From Candidatus Micrarchaeota archaeon (GTDB taxonomy: Archaea; Iainarchaeota; Iainarchaeia; Iainarchaeales; JAGVWC01), in the NCBI GenBank assembly GCA_043803815.1, contig JAZDJR010000035.1, forward strand, positions 14,069-78,068: a stretch of DNA of 64,000 nucleotides, written 5' to 3'. This document shows positions 27,897 through 35,219 of the stretch, piece after piece (the stretch's first letter is position 1; each line of letters opens with the position of its first letter). The notes beneath the pieces were generated by a model. The model saw nothing but the letters and a program-made list of their open reading frames with translations. It was not told the DNA's origin and made no database searches. The translations under genes were made by a program, and so were the position numbers.

Positions 27897-29213
27897 CTAA
27901 TTTTTACCGAAATCCAGCGGCTTGTCCTGAACGTATTTTAGGCCAAGTGCAAGCGCGGTTTCGGCTTTGGACAGTTCGGTTCCCAAATACAGGGCGTGGC
28001 TGGTCGTTCCGACGATGTTTTCGCGGATAATCTGGTCGCGCAAGGAAAGGGCGGTTTTTCCCGAATACATGAACAAGAGTTCGTTTCCAGGAGACAAGTG
28101 CTCAACTACGATTTCACCCTGCGAAAGATAAATCACAAAAGAGCCCCGAAAGTCGCGCACGAGTTGGGGTGTCGGGACCCATTGCCCAAAATTTTTTTCC
28201 ACAATACTTTGGGTTTTTTCAAGTTCCGCTAACGGAACAAAAAAATCAAGGACCGTAACGGCAATGGCGACGGTTTTAAAAGAATACTCCGAAGCGGAAA
28301 AAACGGATTGAAGCGCGGCAAGCAGTTGGGCAACAGCTTGCGCATCTGCGGAGGAAAGAACCGCCTGGATTAAAAGGCCGTCATCCAGCGATTGCACTCG
28401 GGTTTCTATTTTTTTTTCCAAAAAGGAAAGGTTAACCAAACTTGGAGTCGAATTTTCCGAAAGCAAAGCGTTTGAAAGTTCTTTTTTCCACTGCTTTGCA
28501 AGAGCATCACAGTCCTTGGCCGAAAAGGAAAAAAAATCGGGAACATTGAACGGTTTTTTGGACGGAAGATAAATACAAAAAACGGGATTCAGCAAAAAGC
28601 GTTTTTTTTCATTCGAGTGGCCGAATTTGATAAGGGAATCAAGGCCCAATATCCACGGTTCCATAAAATCCGAGCCGCGAAAAACGAATCCCGCGGGTTC
28701 GCCGAAAAATTTTTTGGCAAACGCGGATTTTTTTTTGAATACCTGTTTTTCGCGCCGCGATTCGGGTTCGGTAAAACGCAGTTCGTTAAACGGCTGCTGG
28801 ATAAAGTCCCACTGATAAACTAAAACGCTTTGGCGCAATTGCTGCAACGCGTTTTCGGAAATGTCGGCTTCTATATAACCTTCCACCGGACTGGTTACCC
28901 GCCAAACATCAATTCCGGTGTCCTTAGTTTTTCCCCTGACAAAGCCGTGTTCAAAAAAATCCCGCAATACAATGCCTGATTTTCCCATGTCCGAACCCGT
29001 AATCACCAGATGCTTGATTTTCGGATTGGATAGCAAGGAACGAACCAAGGTATCCAGTCCCCGCTCGGCATTGTACAGGTTTCCGATAATGCCGAAATCT
29101 TTTTTGGAAAGGCGCGACGCCACCATTTCGACCGGCGTCCACAAAGTTACGATGGCAACCAAAGGGTTGTCCCCGAAAACCAGAGTATTGGTTTTGGATT
29201 CTGCAGGGTTCAT
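27897..29213 (-). CDS. MtrA-like domain + degenerate thymidylate-synthase-like domain + DUF4346 fusion
   Basis: The N-terminus (AIVTLWT...IIGNLYNAERGLDTLVRSLLSNPKIKHLVITGSD) resembles MtrA. The C-terminus (DFRGSFVI...YSGKTA...SHALYLGTELSKAETALALGLKYVQD) resembles DUF4346. The middle aligns loosely to ThyA without its catalytic residues. Confidence 0.7.
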   Translation of the reverse strand: MNPAESKTNTLVFGDNPLVAIVTLWTPVEMVASRLSKKDFGIIGNLYNAERGLDTLVRSLLSNPKIKHLVITGSDMGKSGIVLRDFFEHGFVRGKTKDTGIDVWRVTSPVEGYIEADISENALQQLRQSVLVYQWDFIQQPFNELRFTEPESRREKQVFKKKSAFAKKFFGEPAGFVFRGSDFMEPWILGLDSLIKFGHSNEKKRFLLNPVFCIYLPSKKPFNVPDFFSFSAKDCDALAKQWKKELSNALLSENSTPSLVNLSFLEKKIETRVQSLDDGLLIQAVLSSADAQAVAQLLAALQSVFSASEYSFKTVAIAVTVLDFFVPLAELEKTQSIVEKNFGQWVPTPQLVRDFRGSFVIYLSQGEIVVEHLSPGNELLFMYSGKTALSLRDQIIRENIVGTTSHALYLGTELSKAETALALGLKYVQDKPLDFGKN

Positions 29214-29278
29214 GAAAAAACCCTTGGGGCAATATTTTTTAAACCGCTTGAAATTTCGGCAGGGGGTAATTTTTTGTT

Positions 29279-29782
29279 TTATAACTGAATGGCAAATCGT
29301 TTCCCCAACACGGGGGTAAGATGGTAAAAACTGATTTCCGAATTTTTTTCAAGCGTTATTTTTTCGATTGATTTTTCAGGAATTTTCCCGTTTATTTCAA
29401 ACAAAAAATATCCTTTTTTCCCGTCGATTTTTTCAACCAGATAGCCCGACGGCGTTTTTTTCAGGCCGATGCCCGGAACGCGCTTAAATGCGTCAAGCAA
29501 GGTTTCACCTTCATGGGCTTTAATCACATGCGAGTCGCCAATTGCATGGAAAATTTTTTTAATGGTCTGCAGGTACGCGGTATTAAGCCTAAGCACATGC
29601 ATATTGCCTATTTTTTTGCGTTCGACAATGCGGTTTTTTTCGAGGATTCGGACGTGTTTTAGGGCGACGGGAACCGCGATTCCCACTTCCTTCGCAATTC
29701 CGTTGATGCTGTATTCATTGTCAAAAAGCAGGCGCACGATTTTTCTGCGATTCTCGTTTCCCAAAATATTGAACAGGTCCAA
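29279..29782 (-). CDS. ArsR-type winged-helix transcription factor fused to a DUF4430 (transcobalamin beta-domain-like) domain
   Basis: wHTH: DLFNILGNENRRKIVRLL...SINGIAKEVGIAVPVALKHVRILEKNRIV. The C-terminus (GETLLDAFK...GYLVEKIDG...FLFEINGK) aligns with the DUF4430 lipoprotein at 33012. TTG start at 29782 lies 5 nt after GGTG. Confidence 0.8.
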   Translation of the reverse strand: MDLFNILGNENRRKIVRLLFDNEYSINGIAKEVGIAVPVALKHVRILEKNRIVERKKIGNMHVLRLNTAYLQTIKKIFHAIGDSHVIKAHEGETLLDAFKRVPGIGLKKTPSGYLVEKIDGKKGYFLFEINGKIPEKSIEKITLEKNSEISFYHLTPVLGKRFAIQL

Positions 29783-29801
29783 AAAAACACCGTTATCCTT
29801 C

Positions 29802-29819
29802 GGATAATAATTATTATCC
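29802..29819. promoter_or_regulatory. Perfect 18-bp palindrome GGATAATAATTATTATCC, candidate operator
   Basis: Exactly equals its own reverse complement. It lies between the divergent regulator and transporter operon, with an extra TTATCC half-site at 29793-29798. Confidence 0.75.
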
Positions 29820-29820
29820 A

Positions 29821-29838
29821 AAAAAAGGTTTTTAAAAG
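29821..29838 (+). promoter_or_regulatory. BRE/TATA promoter (AAAAAAGG-TTTTTAAAAG) of the DUF4430 operon; the TATA is also readable on the minus strand
   Basis: A purine tract followed by TTTTTAAAA about 45 nt upstream of the 29882 start, immediately downstream of the palindrome. Confidence 0.55.
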
Positions 29839-29881
29839 CGTATTGGAACCCCAATGAATACGATTTTAGGGGTTTTGAAAT

Positions 29882-31867
29882 TTGGAAAAAAAAATCGCGT
29901 TAACTATTAGCTTTTTACTGCTGGTCACATTGGCCAACGCGTATCCTTTGCCGGCATCGGATTCACACATTACAAGCGCGCTTTCGTATCTTAAAAGCGT
30001 GCAGACCGCCGACGGGTGCATCGGGGGTTTTGCAACGAGTGCATGGGTAATTGATTCGGTTGCCGCGGCGGGACAAAACCCTTCTTCCGTGTCCTGGCAA
30101 AATTCCGGCAAGTCACTCGTGGACTGCATCAAAAAAGATGCCGCTTGGTTTAATGATTCCGGCCGAAGCGCAACGGATTTTGAACGCCAGATTTTGGCCG
30201 TTGTCGCGACCGATGAGGACCCCGCAAATTTTAACGGTTTGGATTATGTTACCAAACTCAAGTCTTTTTTTGACGGAACCCAAATGGGCCAAAGCGCTTA
30301 CCTAAACGATGACATGTGGGGCATCATGGCCTTGCGTGCCGCGGGAGAACCGGCTTCTTCAGCGCAAATTCAAGGCATGGCAACGTTTTTGGAATCCAAC
30401 CAAGGAGCGGACGGTTCGTTCAGTTGGGGCATCGGGCAGGCCGGCGACCCGGACGATACCGCGGACGCCATAATGGCTTTAATTTCCGCAGGAAAAATGC
30501 CGGACAGCGCATCGGTTCAAAACGGCTTGGCTTTTTTAAAAACCCAACAGGACTCCAATATCGCGGGAATACAGTCATTTGGTCTTGTCAATCCCGATTC
30601 GACTTCTCACGCGGTGGATTCCATTGTATCGGCGGGACAAGACCCGACCGATGCAGCTTGGCAGGAAAACGACACGAATCCAGTCGAATATTTATTGTCT
30701 TGGCAGCAGCCGAACGGCGGTTTTAGCAATCCGTACGCAAACCCCCCCGGTTCATCAAGTGAATGGACCACGGCCGGCGCGCTGAACGCGTTGCTTGGAA
30801 AGCCTTATCCTGTCAAAATCCGGACTATTGCGCAGAATTTGCAGATGCCGGTTCGCATTGAAGGCGCCGATGCCGTCATTGTCGACACAACGGTTGTATT
30901 GCCGCAGTCTTTTGAATTCAGCGCTACGAGCGGAACGCATTACTCCCTGCACGAGCCGAGCTTGCTGATGGGTTTGCTTGAAACCGCAAGCGAAAACGGT
31001 TTTGCGGTCGGCGTAAGCGACCAGTGGTATCCCGCGCTCGGTTTTTACGTCAACGAAATCGCGGACCAGCCTGCCGAAGGGCTGAACGGATGGAATGTAC
31101 GCGTGGACAATCGTTCAATCGGTTCTTTTTCTTCCGACGCATTCATTTGGCAGTCCAGTTCGCCGCCCGCTTTGCCGCATCACGACGTTACGTGGTATTT
31201 TGGAAGCTGGGACGCCAATGCGCTTCGGTTAACGAGCAATTCAACAAGCGTTCAAACCGACGAAAACGTGCAGGTCAAGGTGGAATATTTTTCCGAACAG
31301 GATAACGCGTGGTATCCGGTGCAAGGCGCAACCGTCAAAGGTGCGGCCCAAGACCAGCTGACGGACGCGCAGGGAAACGCGACGATTCGGTTTGCTTCGG
31401 GTGGAACCCAAAACGTTTTTGCCGAAAAACCGGGCCAAAAGTACTTTCGCAGCAAAAAGCTGGCTTTTGCGGTGCAAGGACCGGAACAATCCTCAACGCA
31501 AGTCCGATTGATTGGAACCCTTGTTCCGGCCGTGTCGTTTTCGGTTTCGCCAAGCCAACTCAATTTCGGCTCGTTTGGACCGGGATATTTGGTTCATGCC
31601 AATAGCCTGGAAGTGAAAAATACGGGTTCGTGGAACCTGCAAATTAAGGCGAGTATCAATGATACGAACGGCACATTGTATTCTTCGGGTTTATTGTTAA
31701 ACGACACCCCGTGGAACCAGTTTTCGCTGGCATTAAACGCCCAGCCGCCGGGTTTTTTGAACACTGCCGTTGTGACTTCCGGATTGCAGGTGCCACCGGA
31801 TTTTTCGCAAACCGGAACCCAAAACGGAATCGTTACTTTTTGGGCGACCGCTACTCAGGTTCCGTAA
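29882..31867 (+). CDS. Secreted transcobalamin-architecture protein: prenyltransferase-repeat alpha-barrel + DUF4430 + Ig-like domains
   Basis: Signal peptide (MEKKIALTISFLLLVTLANA), then QxxDG-type repeats (YLKSVQTADG, FLESNQGADGSF, YLLSWQQPNGGF). A DUF4430-like segment follows (GFYVNEIAD...GWNVRVD...DVTWYF), then PVQGATV...TDAQGNA and SVSPSQLNFG beta-sandwiches. Confidence 0.75.
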   Translation: MEKKIALTISFLLLVTLANAYPLPASDSHITSALSYLKSVQTADGCIGGFATSAWVIDSVAAAGQNPSSVSWQNSGKSLVDCIKKDAAWFNDSGRSATDFERQILAVVATDEDPANFNGLDYVTKLKSFFDGTQMGQSAYLNDDMWGIMALRAAGEPASSAQIQGMATFLESNQGADGSFSWGIGQAGDPDDTADAIMALISAGKMPDSASVQNGLAFLKTQQDSNIAGIQSFGLVNPDSTSHAVDSIVSAGQDPTDAAWQENDTNPVEYLLSWQQPNGGFSNPYANPPGSSSEWTTAGALNALLGKPYPVKIRTIAQNLQMPVRIEGADAVIVDTTVVLPQSFEFSATSGTHYSLHEPSLLMGLLETASENGFAVGVSDQWYPALGFYVNEIADQPAEGLNGWNVRVDNRSIGSFSSDAFIWQSSSPPALPHHDVTWYFGSWDANALRLTSNSTSVQTDENVQVKVEYFSEQDNAWYPVQGATVKGAAQDQLTDAQGNATIRFASGGTQNVFAEKPGQKYFRSKKLAFAVQGPEQSSTQVRLIGTLVPAVSFSVSPSQLNFGSFGPGYLVHANSLEVKNTGSWNLQIKASINDTNGTLYSSGLLLNDTPWNQFSLALNAQPPGFLNTAVVTSGLQVPPDFSQTGTQNGIVTFWATATQVP

Positions 31868-31880
31868 CGGAGAAAAAATA

Positions 31881-32465
31881 ATGCATGCCACAATTTTTTT
31901 TTTAATCGGCATCTTGTTGCTATTGGGCTGTTCATCATTTGCGGTTGGGCTTGGCGTAAATCCCGCGTATCTGGAATTCAAGATTTATTCCGAAAAAGAT
32001 TTGGAACAATCGCTTTTTGTGATTAACACGGAAAATGCGTCGCTTGATTTTAACGTGTATGCGGTGGATTACTGGTTTTTAATCGAGCCCAATCATTTTT
32101 CGCTGCCTGCGGGAAAAAAACAGGAAGTTTTGTTGCGGATGAAATTTTCCCCAAGTCCGCAGGAAACACAAACGGAAGTGCGGGTCGTCGCAAGCGAACC
32201 CGGCCAAAACCAGGTTAAAACCGGAATTAAGATGCCGGTCAAAATCCTGCAATTACAAGACGCGACGCTTACTGATCCAAACGATTCCAATTCTTCAGAA
32301 CAAAACCCGCAAAAAGCCTTGACTGGTTTTTTTAGCCTGAACGGGTCATCCTCGCTTTTAGGTTTATTGGTTATCGGGCTTTGCGCTTTGGTTGTTGGAC
32401 TGGCCAAAGCAAAGGGATTAAAAGGAAAAATAGGCATAAAATATGCGAAATACGATGAAAAATAA
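31881..32465 (+). CDS. Secreted Ig/PapD-like protein with C-terminal membrane anchor
   Basis: Signal peptide, then LGVNPAYLEF...VINT...IEPNHFSLPAGKKQEV, a low-complexity linker, and LTGFF followed by a TM helix and basic tail. Confidence 0.6.
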   Translation: MHATIFFLIGILLLLGCSSFAVGLGVNPAYLEFKIYSEKDLEQSLFVINTENASLDFNVYAVDYWFLIEPNHFSLPAGKKQEVLLRMKFSPSPQETQTEVRVVASEPGQNQVKTGIKMPVKILQLQDATLTDPNDSNSSEQNPQKALTGFFSLNGSSSLLGLLVIGLCALVVGLAKAKGLKGKIGIKYAKYDEK

Positions 32466-33015
32466 ATCCAAAAATGCGCTGACTTTTTTCGGCGGACTGG
32501 TCCTGACGAGTGCGTATCGCCTGCTTCGAATCTTTCCCAACAACGACCCCATCATGGGTTTTGCACTTCCAATCGCCCGCAACCAGAAATGGTGGCAGGC
32601 GTTTTTGTTTCCCGCCTTGGCCATGGCCTGTTTTGACGTATTGACCGCCAAAGTGGGGCCATGGACGGTTATTACCGCGGTTCTTTACGGCACAATCGGG
32701 GTAATGTTTCATTTTTATTTCAGGAAAAAAACCAAGGTCGGCCTTGGCACGTACGCCAAATTAAGCGTCGTGGGCGTTTTGGCATTCGATTTTTTTACCG
32801 GCCCCATTATGACCAGTTACCTGTTTAAAATCCCGTTTTCCGTTGCCTTAATCGGCCAGATTCCGTTTACTTTGCTTCACCTGGCCAGCGCGGTAACCAT
32901 TACCGTTTTATTGGCGCCCGTTCTTGACCCTTCAGTTAGAAGCCTGCCGGCCGAATTAAAACACAGGATTAAAAGCCGGTTTTTTTCTGGCCAATCATCC
33001 GGGGTCATACGATGA
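32443..33015 (+). CDS. ECF-type S-component, CbrT-like (putative cobalamin)
   Basis: About 190 aa with about 6 hydrophobic segments. RLLRIFPNNDPIM resembles the PNxxP motif of CbrT-type S-components, and GPWT and IPFTLLH also fit. It is flanked by DUF4430 genes. The start may be 32455. Confidence 0.7.
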   Translation: MRNTMKNKSKNALTFFGGLVLTSAYRLLRIFPNNDPIMGFALPIARNQKWWQAFLFPALAMACFDVLTAKVGPWTVITAVLYGTIGVMFHFYFRKKTKVGLGTYAKLSVVGVLAFDFFTGPIMTSYLFKIPFSVALIGQIPFTLLHLASAVTITVLLAPVLDPSVRSLPAELKHRIKSRFFSGQSSGVIR

Positions 33016-33422
33016 AATTCCAGAATGCGATTTTTTGGGGATTTTTGGTTTTTTTTCTTTTGGCCGGCTGCATCCAGCAGCAGCAATCCCAAAACGCACC
33101 GCCCGGCTCCCAAACGCAAACGGTTGCGCTTTCGCTGAAATACACGGATGAAAACGGAACCGTGCTGCTTGAAAAAAATATTTCCGTTGCCAAGGGAACC
33201 AATGCGTTTGATGCCATCAAAGAAAGCGTTCCGCTTGATTTTGAAACGACCTCCTTTGGACCATTCATCAAAAGCATCGGCGGAGTCTCTCCTTCTTCCG
33301 ATTATTATTTGGCGCTTTACGTTAATGGCCAGTATGCGGACCGCGGAATCGCGGGATATACGCTTTCGGAAGATACTAGTATAGAATGGAAAACGGAAAA
33401 AATCCAAAGCGCGCCGGTTTGA
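33012..33422 (+). CDS. DUF4430 lipoprotein (putative cobalamin-binding)
   Basis: Lipobox LLAGC, then GTNAFDAIK...FGPFIKSIGG...YYLALYVNGQYADRGIAGYTL...IEW. ATGA overlap with the S-component gene. Confidence 0.82.
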   Translation: MKFQNAIFWGFLVFFLLAGCIQQQQSQNAPPGSQTQTVALSLKYTDENGTVLLEKNISVAKGTNAFDAIKESVPLDFETTSFGPFIKSIGGVSPSSDYYLALYVNGQYADRGIAGYTLSEDTSIEWKTEKIQSAPV

Positions 33423-33464
33423 ATCCGAACCCAAACCGCTTAAAACCGCCGAGAATTTTTTGTT

Positions 33465-35078
33465 ATGGCTGCCCAAAATCAAAAAATAAAAATAGCGGTG
33501 GTACTGATTGCGATACTGGCCGCCCTGATCCTTAATATCCCCGTTCTGGCGGGATATGCCCAGTCGAATCCGCAGCATGTTTTTTTAGGATTCGATTTTT
33601 TTGACGATTTTCATAATTATTCCATGTATATTTACGAAGCCGCTCATTCCAACCACCTGTTTCTTGAAAACAGGAACAACACGCAGTTTGACGAACCGGG
33701 AAGATACTTTTGGCCGTATTTTTTATTGCTTGGAAAAATCGTCCAGCTGACCGGACTTTCGATTCCCGTCGTTTTTATGGCCAGCCGCGCGATTGTTTTG
33801 CTCCTTTTACTCGGCGTGGCATGGAAACTGGTGCAGGAACTGTTTGAGAATAAGGAACAGCAGGTACTGGCTTATGCCTTGATTGCGTTTGGAACGGGTT
33901 TTGGCTGGCTTTCACGGCTTTTGGAACCCGTAATTCCTATCTTGCAAAGGATAAAAGGCGCGGACATGGATTACACCCTTGGATACAGCACATTTTCGGG
34001 CGCCATGTATCCGCTTTCAACCTTGGCATTTGCGCTTTTCCTTGCTCTATTTTATTTTATTCTCCGATATCACGCAACCCGAAAAAACAAGAATCTGGCC
34101 TACGCGCTGGTGGTGTCGGTTCCGATTCCGTTCATTCACCCGCCGACCATTCCGCTGGTATGGGGAATACTGGCTACAACAACCGTAATATTTTTGGTGT
34201 TTTCAAAAAACAAGTTCAGGGAAAACATGTCGCACAGCGTTAAAATCTGGGGCGTGCTAATCGTTGCCCCGATTCTGTTCGGGTTATACCTGCTTTGGGC
34301 GCTTGGTGACCCGAGTTATGCGGGAAGCGTTGCGACGTATGCGGCTTGGGGCCGATGGTTTAAGCCGATTGTCTGGCCGATTGGGTTCGGCCTGCTCGGG
34401 CTTTTTGCACTCATCGGCCTTGCCAAAGAAAAATTCAAAAACAATTTTACGAGGATTTTGGTCATTTGCTGGCTGGTCGTAAGCCTGCTATTGGCGCTCA
34501 CGCCGACGGGAAGAAAATTCCTGATCGGCGCCCACATCCCGATGGCTTTGCTTGCGTCGGCAGGAATACTTTGGGCATTCGGCAAATTTTTGGGCTGGAA
34601 GCGCAGGACAACGAGGCAAAAAATAATCATTGCGGGAATTCTCGTCGTTTTGATGTCGCTGACGTATGTCATCAACACGCAGGACAAAATCAAATCGATA
34701 CAGGAAAACCCGTACGCTTCTTTGACCCAAAGCGAGATTGATGCAATGACGTTTTTAGAACAGCAGCCCAAAGCAAATGTTCTTTCCAGCTATCGCATCG
34801 GAAGCGATGTTACGTGGATGACCCCGCACCGGGCGTTTTTGGGGCACTGGGGAGAAACGCTTGGCATAAAGGAAAAAACGCTGGAAACCAAGCAATTCTT
34901 TTCCACCGGACTTACCGCGCAGGAAAAAATCGGCTTTCTGCAAAAAGAAAAAATAACGTATATATTTTACGGGCAGGATGAAAAACAATACGGAAACATC
35001 GACCCCGCCGTCGGCCTGGAAACGATTTACCAAAACGCGGAAGTGACTATTTACAAATTCAACCCGCAGCCGGCGTAA
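33465..35078 (+). CDS. GT-C-like polytopic membrane protein with C-terminal soluble domain
   Basis: TM1 followed by FLGFDFFDDFHNY, then FGTGFGWL, IHP, and a C-terminal GHWGET...ITYIFYG...YQNAEVTIYK domain. Confidence 0.65.
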   Translation: MAAQNQKIKIAVVLIAILAALILNIPVLAGYAQSNPQHVFLGFDFFDDFHNYSMYIYEAAHSNHLFLENRNNTQFDEPGRYFWPYFLLLGKIVQLTGLSIPVVFMASRAIVLLLLLGVAWKLVQELFENKEQQVLAYALIAFGTGFGWLSRLLEPVIPILQRIKGADMDYTLGYSTFSGAMYPLSTLAFALFLALFYFILRYHATRKNKNLAYALVVSVPIPFIHPPTIPLVWGILATTTVIFLVFSKNKFRENMSHSVKIWGVLIVAPILFGLYLLWALGDPSYAGSVATYAAWGRWFKPIVWPIGFGLLGLFALIGLAKEKFKNNFTRILVICWLVVSLLLALTPTGRKFLIGAHIPMALLASAGILWAFGKFLGWKRRTTRQKIIIAGILVVLMSLTYVINTQDKIKSIQENPYASLTQSEIDAMTFLEQQPKANVLSSYRIGSDVTWMTPHRAFLGHWGETLGIKEKTLETKQFFSTGLTAQEKIGFLQKEKITYIFYGQDEKQYGNIDPAVGLETIYQNAEVTIYKFNPQPA

Positions 35079-35219
35079 ATAAAACCAGCCGACTGCAGCG
35101 GAATGCCAATAACTAAGTTATTAAAAAGAATCAATGAAAAAATATCAAAAATATCCGTTGAACGGAAAATGACCGCACAAAAACCGCGGCAATCGGCATA
35201 CAAAAGGGGATTATTTCAA

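Noticed and set aside
29783-29881. Cobalamin riboswitch upstream of the DUF4430 operon
   Set aside because: Only about 100 AT-rich bp, largely taken up by the palindrome, TATA and RBS. No B12-box-like sequence is visible.
29882-30810. Squalene-hopene cyclase or protein prenyltransferase enzyme
   Set aside because: The signal peptide, single short barrel, fused DUF4430 and transporter context favour a binding protein.
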